From an uncultured delta proteobacterium (GTDB taxonomy: Bacteria > Myxococcota > Kuafuiibacteriia > Kuafuiibacteriales > Kuafuiibacteriaceae), in NCBI GenBank assembly GCA_963803435.1, contig CAWDML010000003.1, forward strand, positions 736,001-800,000: a stretch of DNA of 64,000 nt. Reading direction: 5' to 3'. Below the pieces are notes generated by a model. The model worked only from the letters and a program-made list of their open reading frames with translations. It was not told where the DNA came from and ran no database searches. The translations under genes and the position numbers were made by a program. This document shows positions 34,273 through 45,859 of this stretch, piece by piece; position 1 is the first letter of the stretch; the number at the start of each line of letters is the position of its first letter.

Positions 34273-35420
34273 CCGTGCGCGAGAGCCTGCTCGGATCGCG
34301 CGCCGCTGCACTGGCGCCCTCGATCATCCGACAGATGAACGCCAAGCGGAGACCGAGCAGCGTCGATCTCACCCTCGGTCAGCCTTCCTTGCCCGCAGAG
34401 CGCTCCGTGGTGGAGAGCGCGCTCGCCGAGATGTACCGGACCACCGATGGCTACACGGAGAACGCGGGCCTCCGCGAGCTCCGCGCCCTGATCGCGTCGC
34501 ATCATTCCTTGCCGGAGCGCCAGTCGCCCGAGAACGTCATCGTCACGGTCGGAACGGAGCAGGGCGTCTATCTCTCTGTCTCGTGCGCGATCGATCCAGG
34601 AGACGAGGTCCTGGTCCCCGAGCCGGGCTATCCAGCGTATGAAGGGATGGTCACGCTCGCCGGTGGTGTACCGGTGCGGTACCCGGTGCGTCGCGAGCAG
34701 GGGCTCATCCCCAAGGCCGAGCAGATCGGCGCCTGTCTGACCGAGCGGACGCGGGCGGTCGTCATCAACAGCCCGTCGAACCCGTTCGGGACCGTCGCTC
34801 CGCCGGAGGAGCTGGAGAAGATCGGGCGGCTCTGCGACGCGCACGGGCTGGTGGCGGTGAGCGATGAGGTCTATTCGGACCTGGTCTACACGGGCGGTTC
34901 GGCTCCCTCAATCGCGAGCTTCACGCATCGTTCAGCGAGAGTGGGTGGTCTCTCCAAGTCGTGTGCATTCTGCGGCTTCAGGCTCGGCTATGTGATCGCC
35001 GACTCCACCTTCATCCAGAAGGCGACGGTCGCTCATCAGATGATGGTCACGTGCGCTCCTCGGCTCTCGCAGCTCATGGCGATCGAGGTGTTCAAGAAGC
35101 CGGAGCTCTTGAAGGCGCACCTGCCGTTCTACGCCACTGCGCGCGAGCGCGTGCGGACGGTTGCGGCGGAGCTGCCGCCTGACGCCCCGCTCTTTCTTGG
35201 CGAGGGGGCGTTCTACGCGGTGCTCGACGTATCCAACCACGCGCGCGAGGGCTCGATGGCGCTGGCGCTCCAGCTTCTCGAGCACGAGGACGTGGTGGTC
35301 GTCCCGGGGACCGCGTTCGGTCCGAATGGGGACTGGTTCTGGCGGATCAGCTATGCGGCCGGCGCCGAGATCGCGAGCGAGGGCATGGCGCGGATCGCGC
35401 GGTTCATTCGCGGCGCATGA
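34269..35420 (+). CDS. PLP-dependent aminotransferase, class I/II
   Basis: NSPSNPFG, SDEVY, GLSKS..GFRLGY, GAFY, VPGTAFG; ATGA-coupled to the ligase. Confidence 0.92.
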   Translation: MTVRESLLGSRAAALAPSIIRQMNAKRRPSSVDLTLGQPSLPAERSVVESALAEMYRTTDGYTENAGLRELRALIASHHSLPERQSPENVIVTVGTEQGVYLSVSCAIDPGDEVLVPEPGYPAYEGMVTLAGGVPVRYPVRREQGLIPKAEQIGACLTERTRAVVINSPSNPFGTVAPPEELEKIGRLCDAHGLVAVSDEVYSDLVYTGGSAPSIASFTHRSARVGGLSKSCAFCGFRLGYVIADSTFIQKATVAHQMMVTCAPRLSQLMAIEVFKKPELLKAHLPFYATARERVRTVAAELPPDAPLFLGEGAFYAVLDVSNHAREGSMALALQLLEHEDVVVVPGTAFGPNGDWFWRISYAAGAEIASEGMARIARFIRGA

Positions 35421-35584
35421 GGACGCTCGGCCCACGCGATCGTTCGCGCGTCGATGCTCGTAGGGGAAGCGTTGTGCGACGTCTTCGCTCCTTGGAGGTA
35501 TCCCGAGCACATCGGGCCTAGCCGCGAGGATCCGTGCGTGCTTTCATGTTTTCGTTCGTCACTACGAATCTTAAGGAGAGAGAC

Positions 35585-36628
35585 ATGCGTGCCACGATCG
35601 TCTGGAGCATCGCGGTGTGTCTGGGTCTTGGGCTAGAGACCGAGGCGGATGCCTGTGGGCTCAAGCTCACGATCAAGTCGACCAAGATCAACCGACCTGT
35701 CACACCCTCAAAACATCCCTCGCGCGTGCTGGTGCTCGGCGACTCACCGGACGCCCTGACGACCGCCCTCAAGCGGGCTGGCCACAACGTGGAGACCGCG
35801 GAGTCGCTCGACGCGGTCCGCGGCAACGACTATCAGGTCATCCTCGTCTCGGATCGCGGCCAGGTCCAGAAGGCACAAGCGACCTGGGGCGACGCGGAGG
35901 TCCTGGCCATGCGAAGCGGGACCACCCGCAACCTGAGCATGCTGGAGAAGGCGCTCGAGCGGAAGCCGATCGCCACGCGGACCACCCAGGAGCAGCGTAC
36001 CCGGATCGCGTCTGGCCCCGAGGACGAGCGCGATGGACGGCGGAAGGTCGACGAGGGTGGGTCGGACGACACCGAGAGAGGAACCCCCGTGGATTCCGGT
36101 CATGAAACGCCGCCCGCTGAGGCGTCCGAGCTGCGTCCCGAACCCAAGCCGGAACCGGTTGCCAAGAAGGAGGCGCCGGTGGCCGAGCCGGTCGCGGCAG
36201 AACCGGTGCTGCTCACCAAGCGCAACGACGTCATCCCGACGGCTGCGGTTCGAAGCGACATTCCGACGCCGGATCGAGACGAACAGAAGCCGTCTCGCGG
36301 AGCGAAGGGCCCGCGCCGGGTCTATTTCAGCCTGGCGGGGACGAAGCTGAACGCGAGCGCCAAGGCTGGGATGGCCAAGCACGTCAACTACCTCAGGAAG
36401 CACACGGACGTTTCGATCTACCTGTCGGGCCACGCGGATGCCGTCGGCTCCAATGAGGTCAACCAGATTCTGAGCCAGGCTCGGGTCGACAACGCGAAGA
36501 AGTACCTGCTGTCGAAGGGCATCGAGGCCTCCCGGATCACCGCGGAAGCCTTCGGCGAAGACCGCCCGGCGGTCGAGCCGTCGTCCGATCCTCGGAACCG
36601 CTGCGTCGCCATCGAGATTCGCGACTAG
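35585..36628 (+). CDS. Secreted OmpA-C (peptidoglycan-binding) domain protein
   Basis: AAGGAG RBS, signal peptide, Pro/Glu linker, GHADAVGS..NQILSQARV..AFGE.RP..NRCV. Confidence 0.87.
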   Translation: MRATIVWSIAVCLGLGLETEADACGLKLTIKSTKINRPVTPSKHPSRVLVLGDSPDALTTALKRAGHNVETAESLDAVRGNDYQVILVSDRGQVQKAQATWGDAEVLAMRSGTTRNLSMLEKALERKPIATRTTQEQRTRIASGPEDERDGRRKVDEGGSDDTERGTPVDSGHETPPAEASELRPEPKPEPVAKKEAPVAEPVAAEPVLLTKRNDVIPTAAVRSDIPTPDRDEQKPSRGAKGPRRVYFSLAGTKLNASAKAGMAKHVNYLRKHTDVSIYLSGHADAVGSNEVNQILSQARVDNAKKYLLSKGIEASRITAEAFGEDRPAVEPSSDPRNRCVAIEIRD

Positions 36629-36763
36629 GACGCCTCGTCCGCGAGGCGAACCGCTTCACGTTCTCGAAGATCTCGTCGGCAGTCTTCGTCCATCTGAACG
36701 GCCTTCAGCGCGTGCGGTCAGAGCGCGAAGAACGCTCTTGCGCGGCACGCTGGGGTTTGGTTC

Positions 36764-38791
36764 CTAGTGGGGAAGCGCGGTCCTGACCAGGTTTGGCAAG
36801 CGGAGAACGTCTTCGATACAGGCTTCGACCTCGTCGGCCGGTCGAGCGCCGCAGGCGTGAGCGGCCTCCAGAGCGCTGGTGGCCGCCACGCCGGGCGTGA
36901 AGGCGGTCTGCTCGACGCTGAGCCCGCGCTCCAGTAGACCCCACTCGAGGGGGGGCTCGTCGCTGGCCGTCCGGATCGTGCTCATGATGGAGTCGATCGA
37001 CTGGGCCATCGGGAGCTGCAGGTCGGTCAGGTAGTAGTCGAGCGCTTCTTGCCGGGCCTTCCCGGTGCCCCAGAGATTGTCGACGAACAACTGCACCAGA
37101 GCCTTCCGCTGGTCGCGGGACATGTCTCCCTCCTTCGGCATGTGTCCGAAGGCGACATGGTCGAGGGCCCGCACGAGCAACGAACGGGGGAGGTCGTTCG
37201 AGCGCAGATCGTACGGCACTCCCCAGGCGTCACCGTCTTTGTAGGTCACTTCGTAGTGGCAGTCGACGCACCAGTCGTCGAGCTGCGTTCGAAGCGCGGG
37301 GGAGACGGCGATGTTCGGGCGCACGTCGAGATCGGCAAGACCCTCGCTCGCTGGAGGATTCGGCAGCGCCGGTCTCCGTTCGCTCGACTCTTCAATCATC
37401 CGCTCGAGCGCGCGGCGAAAGGTCGCCCGGAGGTTGTGGGTCTTGCTCAACTCGGCGGTCACGAGCGCATGGTCCTTGCTGTTTGCGGACGATGCAAAGA
37501 CATGCCCCGCGATCTTGTCTGCGGCGCAGCCGATGAACTCCGGCTGCGCCAGCGCGATGGCGGCGAAGCCTGCCGGCGTCAGCCTGCCTTGGCCACGCAG
37601 GTCATGTGAGTCGTTGCCGTAGAACGGCCCTTCACCCGGGAGCTGCAGCTCGGGATCGTAGTGGATGCTGGCGCGGCTGTCCGGATAGCCGAAGAAGAAC
37701 TGAAACCCGTAATCCAGGCGTGCGTGGCAGTTCTCGCAGATCTCGGTGTGTGCCAGCCGCTTCCAGGAGTCGTGGACGAACGCCAGGTTCGGGGTCTTGT
37801 TGATCTCGATGACCTTCTCGGTCGTCGCTCCGAAATTGTTCTTTCCGCGACACCAGAGGATCTCGAAGAAGCCCCGTTGTCGCTGCCGGCGATCGGGTAG
37901 CCAGTGAAGCAGCTGGGGCGCCGTCAACAGTCCCGCGTGCTGGCCTTCGATCAGCTCGGGGCGGGGCGCCCATCGGCCCTTGACCGGCCAGGCTTCGATC
38001 CCCTCGAGGACCTTGGGCACATCCGGGTTCCGCGTGCTTCCGATCAGTTGGCGGCGATAGATCAGCTCCACGTTGCGGTCGCGAAACGTCTCGCGTCCGG
38101 TGAACAGCGTCTCCAGCGGGAGGTCGTTCTCCACGACGTAGGCCGTGGTCTGCGCGACCTCGTTCCTCATGCTGCGATTGAAGGCGTCGTACAGCTCCCT
38201 GCTCGGAAGACAGCGGATCAGATAAGGACCGCATCCGCAGATGGAGGCGGTCTCGTTCTCAGGGGAGCCGACCTGGCTGTCGCAGCTGATCGGCATCTTC
38301 GAGTGGTAGGTGCCCGTGTTCGGCGCGACCACCCACTGATCCGGCCGATAGCTGTCCGGACAGATCCGAACCTTGCCCTTCAGCGCCCACCAGGGCGTGA
38401 CCTCTTCCGCCTCTTCCGGCTTGCAGGGCTCGCGAAGGTAGTAGATCGGTCCACCGGCCGAGGCCTGGACCTGAAGAATGAACCCGGAAGGCACGGCATA
38501 GTAGTTCGCGGCGCTGAAGTAGAGCCCGAAGATCAGCGCCGGCATGAGGGATCGGGAGAAGGCCTCTGACGAGAGGCGCGCGTCGAGGAATTCGCCCCAG
38601 TCGTTGGAGTGGTCGATCCGCAAGGACCAGTTGAGCACCTCGTGATGCGAGACCCCCCCGCCGGTCAGGGCCGCGATCCGCTCGACGAGCACCGCCGTCT
38701 CGCCGCCGCTCTGGTCCGAGGGCGCCGGCGCTCGGGCGTTGTGACAGCCGGCCAGCGCCCATAACAACAGGAGCCTCAACCGAGCAGACAC
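36764..38791 (-). CDS. Diheme c-type cytochrome lipoprotein (DUF1585/1588-like partner of DUF1501)
   Basis: LAGC lipobox, HAGLLT motif, CENCH and CVDCH heme motifs; overlaps the DUF1501 gene. Confidence 0.75.
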   Translation of the reverse strand: MSARLRLLLLWALAGCHNARAPAPSDQSGGETAVLVERIAALTGGGVSHHEVLNWSLRIDHSNDWGEFLDARLSSEAFSRSLMPALIFGLYFSAANYYAVPSGFILQVQASAGGPIYYLREPCKPEEAEEVTPWWALKGKVRICPDSYRPDQWVVAPNTGTYHSKMPISCDSQVGSPENETASICGCGPYLIRCLPSRELYDAFNRSMRNEVAQTTAYVVENDLPLETLFTGRETFRDRNVELIYRRQLIGSTRNPDVPKVLEGIEAWPVKGRWAPRPELIEGQHAGLLTAPQLLHWLPDRRQRQRGFFEILWCRGKNNFGATTEKVIEINKTPNLAFVHDSWKRLAHTEICENCHARLDYGFQFFFGYPDSRASIHYDPELQLPGEGPFYGNDSHDLRGQGRLTPAGFAAIALAQPEFIGCAADKIAGHVFASSANSKDHALVTAELSKTHNLRATFRRALERMIEESSERRPALPNPPASEGLADLDVRPNIAVSPALRTQLDDWCVDCHYEVTYKDGDAWGVPYDLRSNDLPRSLLVRALDHVAFGHMPKEGDMSRDQRKALVQLFVDNLWGTGKARQEALDYYLTDLQLPMAQSIDSIMSTIRTASDEPPLEWGLLERGLSVEQTAFTPGVAATSALEAAHACGARPADEVEACIEDVLRLPNLVRTALPH

Positions 38792-40044
38792 TTGAGCACC
38801 TGCCCCGTATATCCGTATCGCGTGGGGTCCAGCCCGGCGAGATGCAGGAGCGTCGTTCCGACGTCATCGAGCACGGGGACCCGACGCGAGGCGCCGTCGC
38901 ATCGCCCTGTCAAGGACGACACCGGGAGCCCCTCCATCATCTCGCCCGTCTCACCGAAGGACGAGCCGCCCGCGACCCACGGTCCGAGAAACATGAACCC
39001 GGTCTGCGGAAAATGATCCTTCCCGAGCATGTCGTTGATCTTGGGGAAGCGTCCGAGCTCGGAGCCGGCGATCATGACCGTGTTGTCGAGAAGGCGCCCG
39101 TGCTCGTTCTTGGTCGACTCGATCTTCGTGAGGAACGCAACCAGGTGGCGCATGAAATCCTCGGTGATGCTCTCCTGCTTGGGACGGTTGTTGATGTGCG
39201 TGTCCCAGCCGAGGTTGCCGAGGTCGAGAAATATGCCGGCGCACAGATCATTCTCCATGAGCCAGTGGGCGCGCTGAAACGCGACGCCGATCATCGCCGA
39301 GGTATAGTTCTGGTCGGGGACGTCGATCGAAAGCGGGGTCGCGCTCGGAAGCCGCTCCAGCAGCGCTGCCGCTTCGTCCAGATGATCGCGAGCCATCGCC
39401 GAGGCGCCCGAGAAGCCCGAGAGCTCGCGCGCCCTCTTCCTGAGAACCCGCGCGGCGGTGGCCACCCGATCATGATCCTCCTGCGCGGCCCACTCGAACA
39501 CGTCGCCGGAGCCGAAATAGAAGCGATCCGCGCTGCCGAGGTAGTGAGGTGAATGGAGATCGCGATGGCTCACGTTGAGGTAGATGACGCCTGCCGGCTG
39601 GCCGTCTCGCTTGTTGGCGACGATGTCGAGAAAGCTCGGCATTCGCTCGGAGCCGTTGGTCTTCAGCCTCAGGTACTGCATCAGGCCCGTCTCGTGGTTC
39701 GCGGTCCCGACCTGAACCCCGTTCAGAAAGGAGATCATCTCGGCCCTGGACGCGAGGGGGCGGAAGTGCGGCCCGAATCGGAGCTTCCCCACGGCCACCA
39801 ACGCATCCTCGGGTGGAAGGTCCACGCCCGCCGCGACCTCGTCGGGCAGCTTCGGATCCGTCGTGTACGCCGTGTCGTGCCCCCCGGAGAGCAGCATCTG
39901 AACCCAGTAGCGCGGCCGTGTCGGCGCCGGCGGGCTCTTCGCGCGCACGAAGCGACACCCGGTGAGGGTGGCGGCAGACGAGAGCCCGAGGAGCAGAGCA
40001 TCTCGTCGACTGACTCCACTCACTCGTACGAGTCTGCCACGCAT
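38776..40044 (-). CDS. DUF1501-family Tat-exported protein
   Basis: SRRDALL twin-Arg signal, LSGGHD, GWDTH, SELGRFPKIN..GKDH. Confidence 0.85.
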   Translation of the reverse strand: MRGRLVRVSGVSRRDALLLGLSSAATLTGCRFVRAKSPPAPTRPRYWVQMLLSGGHDTAYTTDPKLPDEVAAGVDLPPEDALVAVGKLRFGPHFRPLASRAEMISFLNGVQVGTANHETGLMQYLRLKTNGSERMPSFLDIVANKRDGQPAGVIYLNVSHRDLHSPHYLGSADRFYFGSGDVFEWAAQEDHDRVATAARVLRKRARELSGFSGASAMARDHLDEAAALLERLPSATPLSIDVPDQNYTSAMIGVAFQRAHWLMENDLCAGIFLDLGNLGWDTHINNRPKQESITEDFMRHLVAFLTKIESTKNEHGRLLDNTVMIAGSELGRFPKINDMLGKDHFPQTGFMFLGPWVAGGSSFGETGEMMEGLPVSSLTGRCDGASRRVPVLDDVGTTLLHLAGLDPTRYGYTGQVLKCLLG

Positions 40045-40098
40045 TCGTAGCGACGAAAACCGAAGTGAGAACCCCACTCACACAGGACGAGGTGGAGA

Positions 40099-41190
40099 TC
40101 AGTTCGCGGACGAGGCGCTGATCCGTCTCACCACCGCGTCTGTGAACTGCTCGCAGGACGCGGATCCACCGAGATCCTTTGTACGTGTTCCATCGCCCAA
40201 CGTCGCCAGGATCCCATCCAGGATCACCTGCGCGGCCTCGCTGTGACCGAACACGCTCAAGAGCATGGCTGCGCTCATCATCGCGGCCGTTGGATTTGCG
40301 ACGCCGAGCCCTGCGATGTCGGGCGCGCTGCCGTGACACGGCTCGAAGTACATGAATCGATCACCGATGCCGGCGCTCGGTGCGAGCGGCATCCCACCCA
40401 TGACCTCCGAGGCGACGTCGGAGAGGATGTCGCCGAACAAATTCGTGGTGACGACGACGTCGAACCGCTCAGGGCAGGCCACCATGCGCCGCGCCGCCTC
40501 GTCGACGTAGAGATCGTCGTGTGTGAGCCCGGCGGCCTCGATCTCCTCCCTGCAGATGCGCAGAAACATCCCGTCGGTCTCCGACAGAACGTTCGACTTG
40601 TGGACGATCGTGACGTGTCCTCTCGAGCCCCCGATCGCGCGCCGGTGCTTTGCGAGCTCGATGGCGTAGGTCACGATGCGGCGCGACGCCGGCTCGGTCG
40701 TCGTGCTCACGGCAAACTTTCCGGCAGGTGGGAGCGGGCGGCCCAGCCGATCGCGAAAGTCGGGCCAGCGGACGGCCAGCTCGGACAGATCCCCCTCCCG
40801 GGCCGGATACATGCCTTCCGTCAGCTCCCTCACGATCACCATGTTGGTCTTGCCGTCTCCGGTCTTTGCACGCACCCCCGGGAGGCTCGAGGCCGGTCTG
40901 AGGTTCGCGTACGTGTCGAGGTGAAAACGGATGTAACGAAGGATGTCGCGCGACGCCTTCTCGACCGCTCCGAACAGGATGGCGTCCGCCTCGTCGAGCG
41001 CTGTTTTCACGCGCTCGGGAAACGGCGTACCCTCCGATGCGAGCGTCGAGGCACCGTGCGCGGGTCGGTCGATCTCGAGCGCCACTCCGGTCGCCTCCAG
41101 GCAGCGCACCGCCGCCGCGACGACCTCGGGCCCGATGCCGTCGCCACCGAGCGCGACGATCGAGAGCGGCCGCGAGGTTTGGGCTTGCAT
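40099..41190 (-). CDS. Isocitrate/isopropylmalate/homoisocitrate dehydrogenase family (LeuB-like); alternative starts 41211 and 41229
   Basis: [54 protein letters not shown]. Confidence 0.92.
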   Translation of the reverse strand: MQAQTSRPLSIVALGGDGIGPEVVAAAVRCLEATGVALEIDRPAHGASTLASEGTPFPERVKTALDEADAILFGAVEKASRDILRYIRFHLDTYANLRPASSLPGVRAKTGDGKTNMVIVRELTEGMYPAREGDLSELAVRWPDFRDRLGRPLPPAGKFAVSTTTEPASRRIVTYAIELAKHRRAIGGSRGHVTIVHKSNVLSETDGMFLRICREEIEAAGLTHDDLYVDEAARRMVACPERFDVVVTTNLFGDILSDVASEVMGGMPLAPSAGIGDRFMYFEPCHGSAPDIAGLGVANPTAAMMSAAMLLSVFGHSEAAQVILDGILATLGDGTRTKDLGGSASCEQFTDAVVRRISASSAN

Positions 41191-41309
41191 GGGCCGCGGT
41201 GCGACCCACATGTCGACGGAGAGCTTCATCGTTCCAGCGCTGTAGACCAGGCCTTTGGGGCGATCAACCCACATTGCCTATCTGTTTGAGCGCGGTAGAC
41301 TTTCTCCCT

Positions 41310-42725
<1,416 letters not shown>

Positions 42726-42726
42726 G

Positions 42727-43351
42727 GTGCGGCCGTTCGAACGAACTCGAATCCATCGCCATCCCCTTCGATGTCGCCAACGTCGATACCGATCGCATCA
42801 TCCCAGCGCGCTTTCTCAAGAAGCCGTGGGACGAGGGCTATGGACAGTACATGTTCCATGACCTGCGTTTCGTCGACGGCAAGAAGGACCCGGCGTGCGT
42901 CCTCAACGATCCTCGATACGAGGGAGCGCGCATTCTGGTGGCCGGCCCGAACTTCGGGTGCGGCTCGTCGAGGGAGCAGGCGGTCTGGGCCCTGACGGAC
43001 GAGGCCAGCGGGCAGTTCTATCGCTCGATCATCGCGCCGAGCTTCGGCGACATCTTCTTCAACAACGCCTACAAGAACGGGCTGCTCCTGGTTCGGCTCT
43101 CGGAGGAGGTCGTACGTACACTCCAGGAGCAGCTTCGAGCACGTCCAGGCGTCGAGATCGAGGTCGACCTCGAGGCGAACGTCGTGATTGGCCCCGACGG
43201 TACCGAGTATCGCTTTGACATGGAGCCGTTCGCGCGTGAGTGCATCCGCAAAGGGCTCGACATTTTCTCGATGACTCTGCTCCACGCGACCGAGATCGAC
43301 GACTTCGAGGAGAGGGCGCGCAACGAGCGTCCGTGGCTTTTCGTTCGCTGA
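42727..43351 (+). CDS. leuD: Isopropylmalate dehydratase small subunit, one extra A at ~42745
   Basis: GTG-RPFER then LESIAIPFDVANVDTDRIIPARFL in the +1 frame; NFGCGSSREQA, SFGDIFFNN. Confidence 0.9.
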
Positions 43352-43438
43352 TCTCCCACGGGTTCGAGTGTTGACAGCCGCTTCGAGTTGGACTTGAATC
43401 CGCGCTCACTAACAAGTGCGGGAAGGAGAGTTACGAAA

Positions 43439-43756
43439 ATGGCCAAAGTGATCTTTGTAATTCATAAGAAGCAGGGCCTGACTGTGGAGGAGATGAACGC
43501 GGGTTGGGGCGGCGAGCGACACGCGAGCATCGTGAAGAAGCTCCCGGGTCTGGTGAAGTTTGTTCAGAACCACTTGGTCGGCCCGCCCGGCGCTACGATC
43601 TGCGACGGGATCGGCGAGCTCTGGTTCGAGAACGACGCTGTCATGGAGAAGGCGGTCAGCTCGCCGGAGATGGGCGCGGCGGTCGAGGACGCCAAGGGCT
43701 TCCTGGACATGGAGAAGACGGGCATGATCATGGTCCGCGAGGTCCCGATCAAGTAG
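43439..43756 (+). CDS. EthD-family dimeric alpha/beta-barrel protein
   Basis: AAGGAG RBS; HASIVKKLPGL, DGIGELWF, D...FLD. Confidence 0.85.
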   Translation: MAKVIFVIHKKQGLTVEEMNAGWGGERHASIVKKLPGLVKFVQNHLVGPPGATICDGIGELWFENDAVMEKAVSSPEMGAAVEDAKGFLDMEKTGMIMVREVPIK

Positions 43757-43765
43757 CTCCGCCGA

Positions 43766-44437
43766 TCACGCCCCTTCGTTCAGCAACACATGCAATCGCA
43801 GCGGGCCGTGCGCGCCTTTGACGAGGCGCTCGATGTCGCCCGAGAACGAGACACTCGACACGAAGTTCACGGTTCGGGGGACCCTCCCTGCACCGTACGT
43901 CTTGCGTAACCTTTCCCAGACGTCCTCCATCGTTCCCACGATGTCGGACCGATCGAGGACCACCAGGTGGGTGTCCGGCGTGAAGTTCAGCGTGGGCGGT
44001 GTCTCCGGCGATGAAACGAAGACCAGAGAGCCGGTCTCCGCCACGGCGCAGAAGGCCGGAGTGAGGCTCGTCCGATCCTCGATCCGCCCCGGTCCGTACT
44101 CGACGGTGATTCCGGCCTCCTCCCAGGGAAGCGCACGCAGGCGCGGGCTGGGAGACGCCTTCAGGCTCAGCGCGAGGCCCTGTCCACTGAGATACTCGAC
44201 GATCGCGCCGGTGATCTCGCGATCGGAGGCGATCCGGGCCAGCGTCATCATCTGGTTCACGGCCATGCTGGCGAAGAGCTCCACCTGCTCGTCGTGCGGT
44301 ATCCGAGCTCGGGTGGGGATCAGGTTGGGTTGCGGATGCTGAATCCGCTGCTCGACGCGCTGCGGGCTTCGCTCCGGGGATGGGCTCCGCGTGAGCGAGG
44401 CGCGGATGCGGCTCAGGATCTCTTCCCGATCACTCAT
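43766..44437 (-). CDS. lutC: LutC/YkgG lactate-utilisation protein
   Basis: MSDREEILSRIR, AVAETGSLV, SGDIE..KGAHGP.RLHV. Confidence 0.88.
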   Translation of the reverse strand: MSDREEILSRIRASLTRSPSPERSPQRVEQRIQHPQPNLIPTRARIPHDEQVELFASMAVNQMMTLARIASDREITGAIVEYLSGQGLALSLKASPSPRLRALPWEEAGITVEYGPGRIEDRTSLTPAFCAVAETGSLVFVSSPETPPTLNFTPDTHLVVLDRSDIVGTMEDVWERLRKTYGAGRVPRTVNFVSSVSFSGDIERLVKGAHGPLRLHVLLNEGA

Positions 44438-45849
44438 GAAGGTCGCTTGCTCCAGGCGTCCATGAACGTCTTTCCCTGCGGCGCCGGAAACTCGCGTACT
44501 TCCGTCCAGCCCACCGCGAGGGGGAGCTTCGAGAAGTGACCTTTTCTCCGGCCGAGCGCGCCGAGGACGCCCATGGTCAACCGAGCGGCCGCTCGGTACA
44601 GGGCCGGGTGCTTGGCGAAGTAAGCCCACACCTGGAGGCCGAAGCGCTCCGAGGCGGGCGGGACCTTCTCTTCGAACGCCCGCACCCTCCAGTGGTGCAT
44701 GATCGCCGGGAGCGGAATACGCACCGGGCAGACCTCCTCGCAGCGGCCACAGAACGAGGAGGCGTTCGGGAGATGGTAGCTCTGCTCGATCCCGAGCAGC
44801 GCCGGCGTCAGCGCGGCGCCGATCGGGCCTGGATAGACCCAACCGTAGGCCTGTCCGCCGATGACCTGGTACACGGGACAGTGGTTCAGGCACGCACCGC
44901 AGCGGATACAGCGGAGGGCCGCCTCGCTCTCGGTCCCGAGCATGTCGCTCCGGTTGCCGTCGTACAGAACGACGTGAAACTGCTCGGGCCCATCCGCGTC
45001 CTCGGGCCGCCGGGGCCCCGTGGAGAACGTCGTGTACGACGTCATCTCTTGTCCAGTCGCGGAGCGGCCGAGGACCCGGAGCAGTGTGCCGGCGTCGTCC
45101 AGGGTGGGGACCACCTTCTCGATGCTGGCGACGACGATGTGCGCTCGCGGGAACATCTGCGTGAGGTCCCCGTTGCCCTCGTTGGTCACGATTACGGTTG
45201 AACCGGTCTCGGCGATCAGGAAATTGGCGCCCGTGATTCCGACCTCGGCCTGGAAGTATTTCTCACGCAGGATCTCGCGGACCCGAGCGACCATCTGCTC
45301 CGGTTGCTCGAGCCGCTCCGTCTTCCCGTACTTGCGATGTTGATCGTAGAAGAGATCGGAGACGTCCTTCGCGTTCTTGTGGATGGCCGGTCCTACGATG
45401 TGACTGGGAGGCTCATGGGCGATCTGGATGATGTGTTCGCCGACGTCGGTCTCCACCGGCTCGATGCCGTTCTGCTCGAGGAAGTCGTTCAAGCCCAGCT
45501 CCTCGACGATCATCGACTTCCCCTTGGTCACCGACTTCGCGTCGGCACGGCGACAGATCTGGAGCACGGTCTCGCGAGCTCGATCCGCGGTGCTGCACCA
45601 GTGGACGTGGCCGCCACTCTCGAGCACCTTGGCTTCGAACTTCTCCAGATAGTGATCGAGGTTCGCCAGGACGTGATCGCGGATCTGGGCCGCCTGATCT
45701 CGCAGCGCTTCGAACTCCGGGAGGCGTTCGAGCGCCTGCGTGCGCCGCGTCGACAGATACGCCGTGGCCCGGAGGATCGCCTTCTGCGCTGACGGGTTCT
45801 CTCGACTCTTTTCGACGTTGTCGTTGAATCGATCGGTGACTGGTTGCAT
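44434..45849 (-). CDS. lutB: LutB/LldF Fe-S lactate-oxidation protein
   Basis: KGKSM, ETDVGE, PSHIVGPAIH, NEGNG, CIRCGACLNHCP, YPGPIG, FCGRCEEVCP. Confidence 0.94.
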   Translation of the reverse strand: MQPVTDRFNDNVEKSRENPSAQKAILRATAYLSTRRTQALERLPEFEALRDQAAQIRDHVLANLDHYLEKFEAKVLESGGHVHWCSTADRARETVLQICRRADAKSVTKGKSMIVEELGLNDFLEQNGIEPVETDVGEHIIQIAHEPPSHIVGPAIHKNAKDVSDLFYDQHRKYGKTERLEQPEQMVARVREILREKYFQAEVGITGANFLIAETGSTVIVTNEGNGDLTQMFPRAHIVVASIEKVVPTLDDAGTLLRVLGRSATGQEMTSYTTFSTGPRRPEDADGPEQFHVVLYDGNRSDMLGTESEAALRCIRCGACLNHCPVYQVIGGQAYGWVYPGPIGAALTPALLGIEQSYHLPNASSFCGRCEEVCPVRIPLPAIMHHWRVRAFEEKVPPASERFGLQVWAYFAKHPALYRAAARLTMGVLGALGRRKGHFSKLPLAVGWTEVREFPAPQGKTFMDAWSKRPS

Positions 45850-45859
45850 CAGCGCCTCG

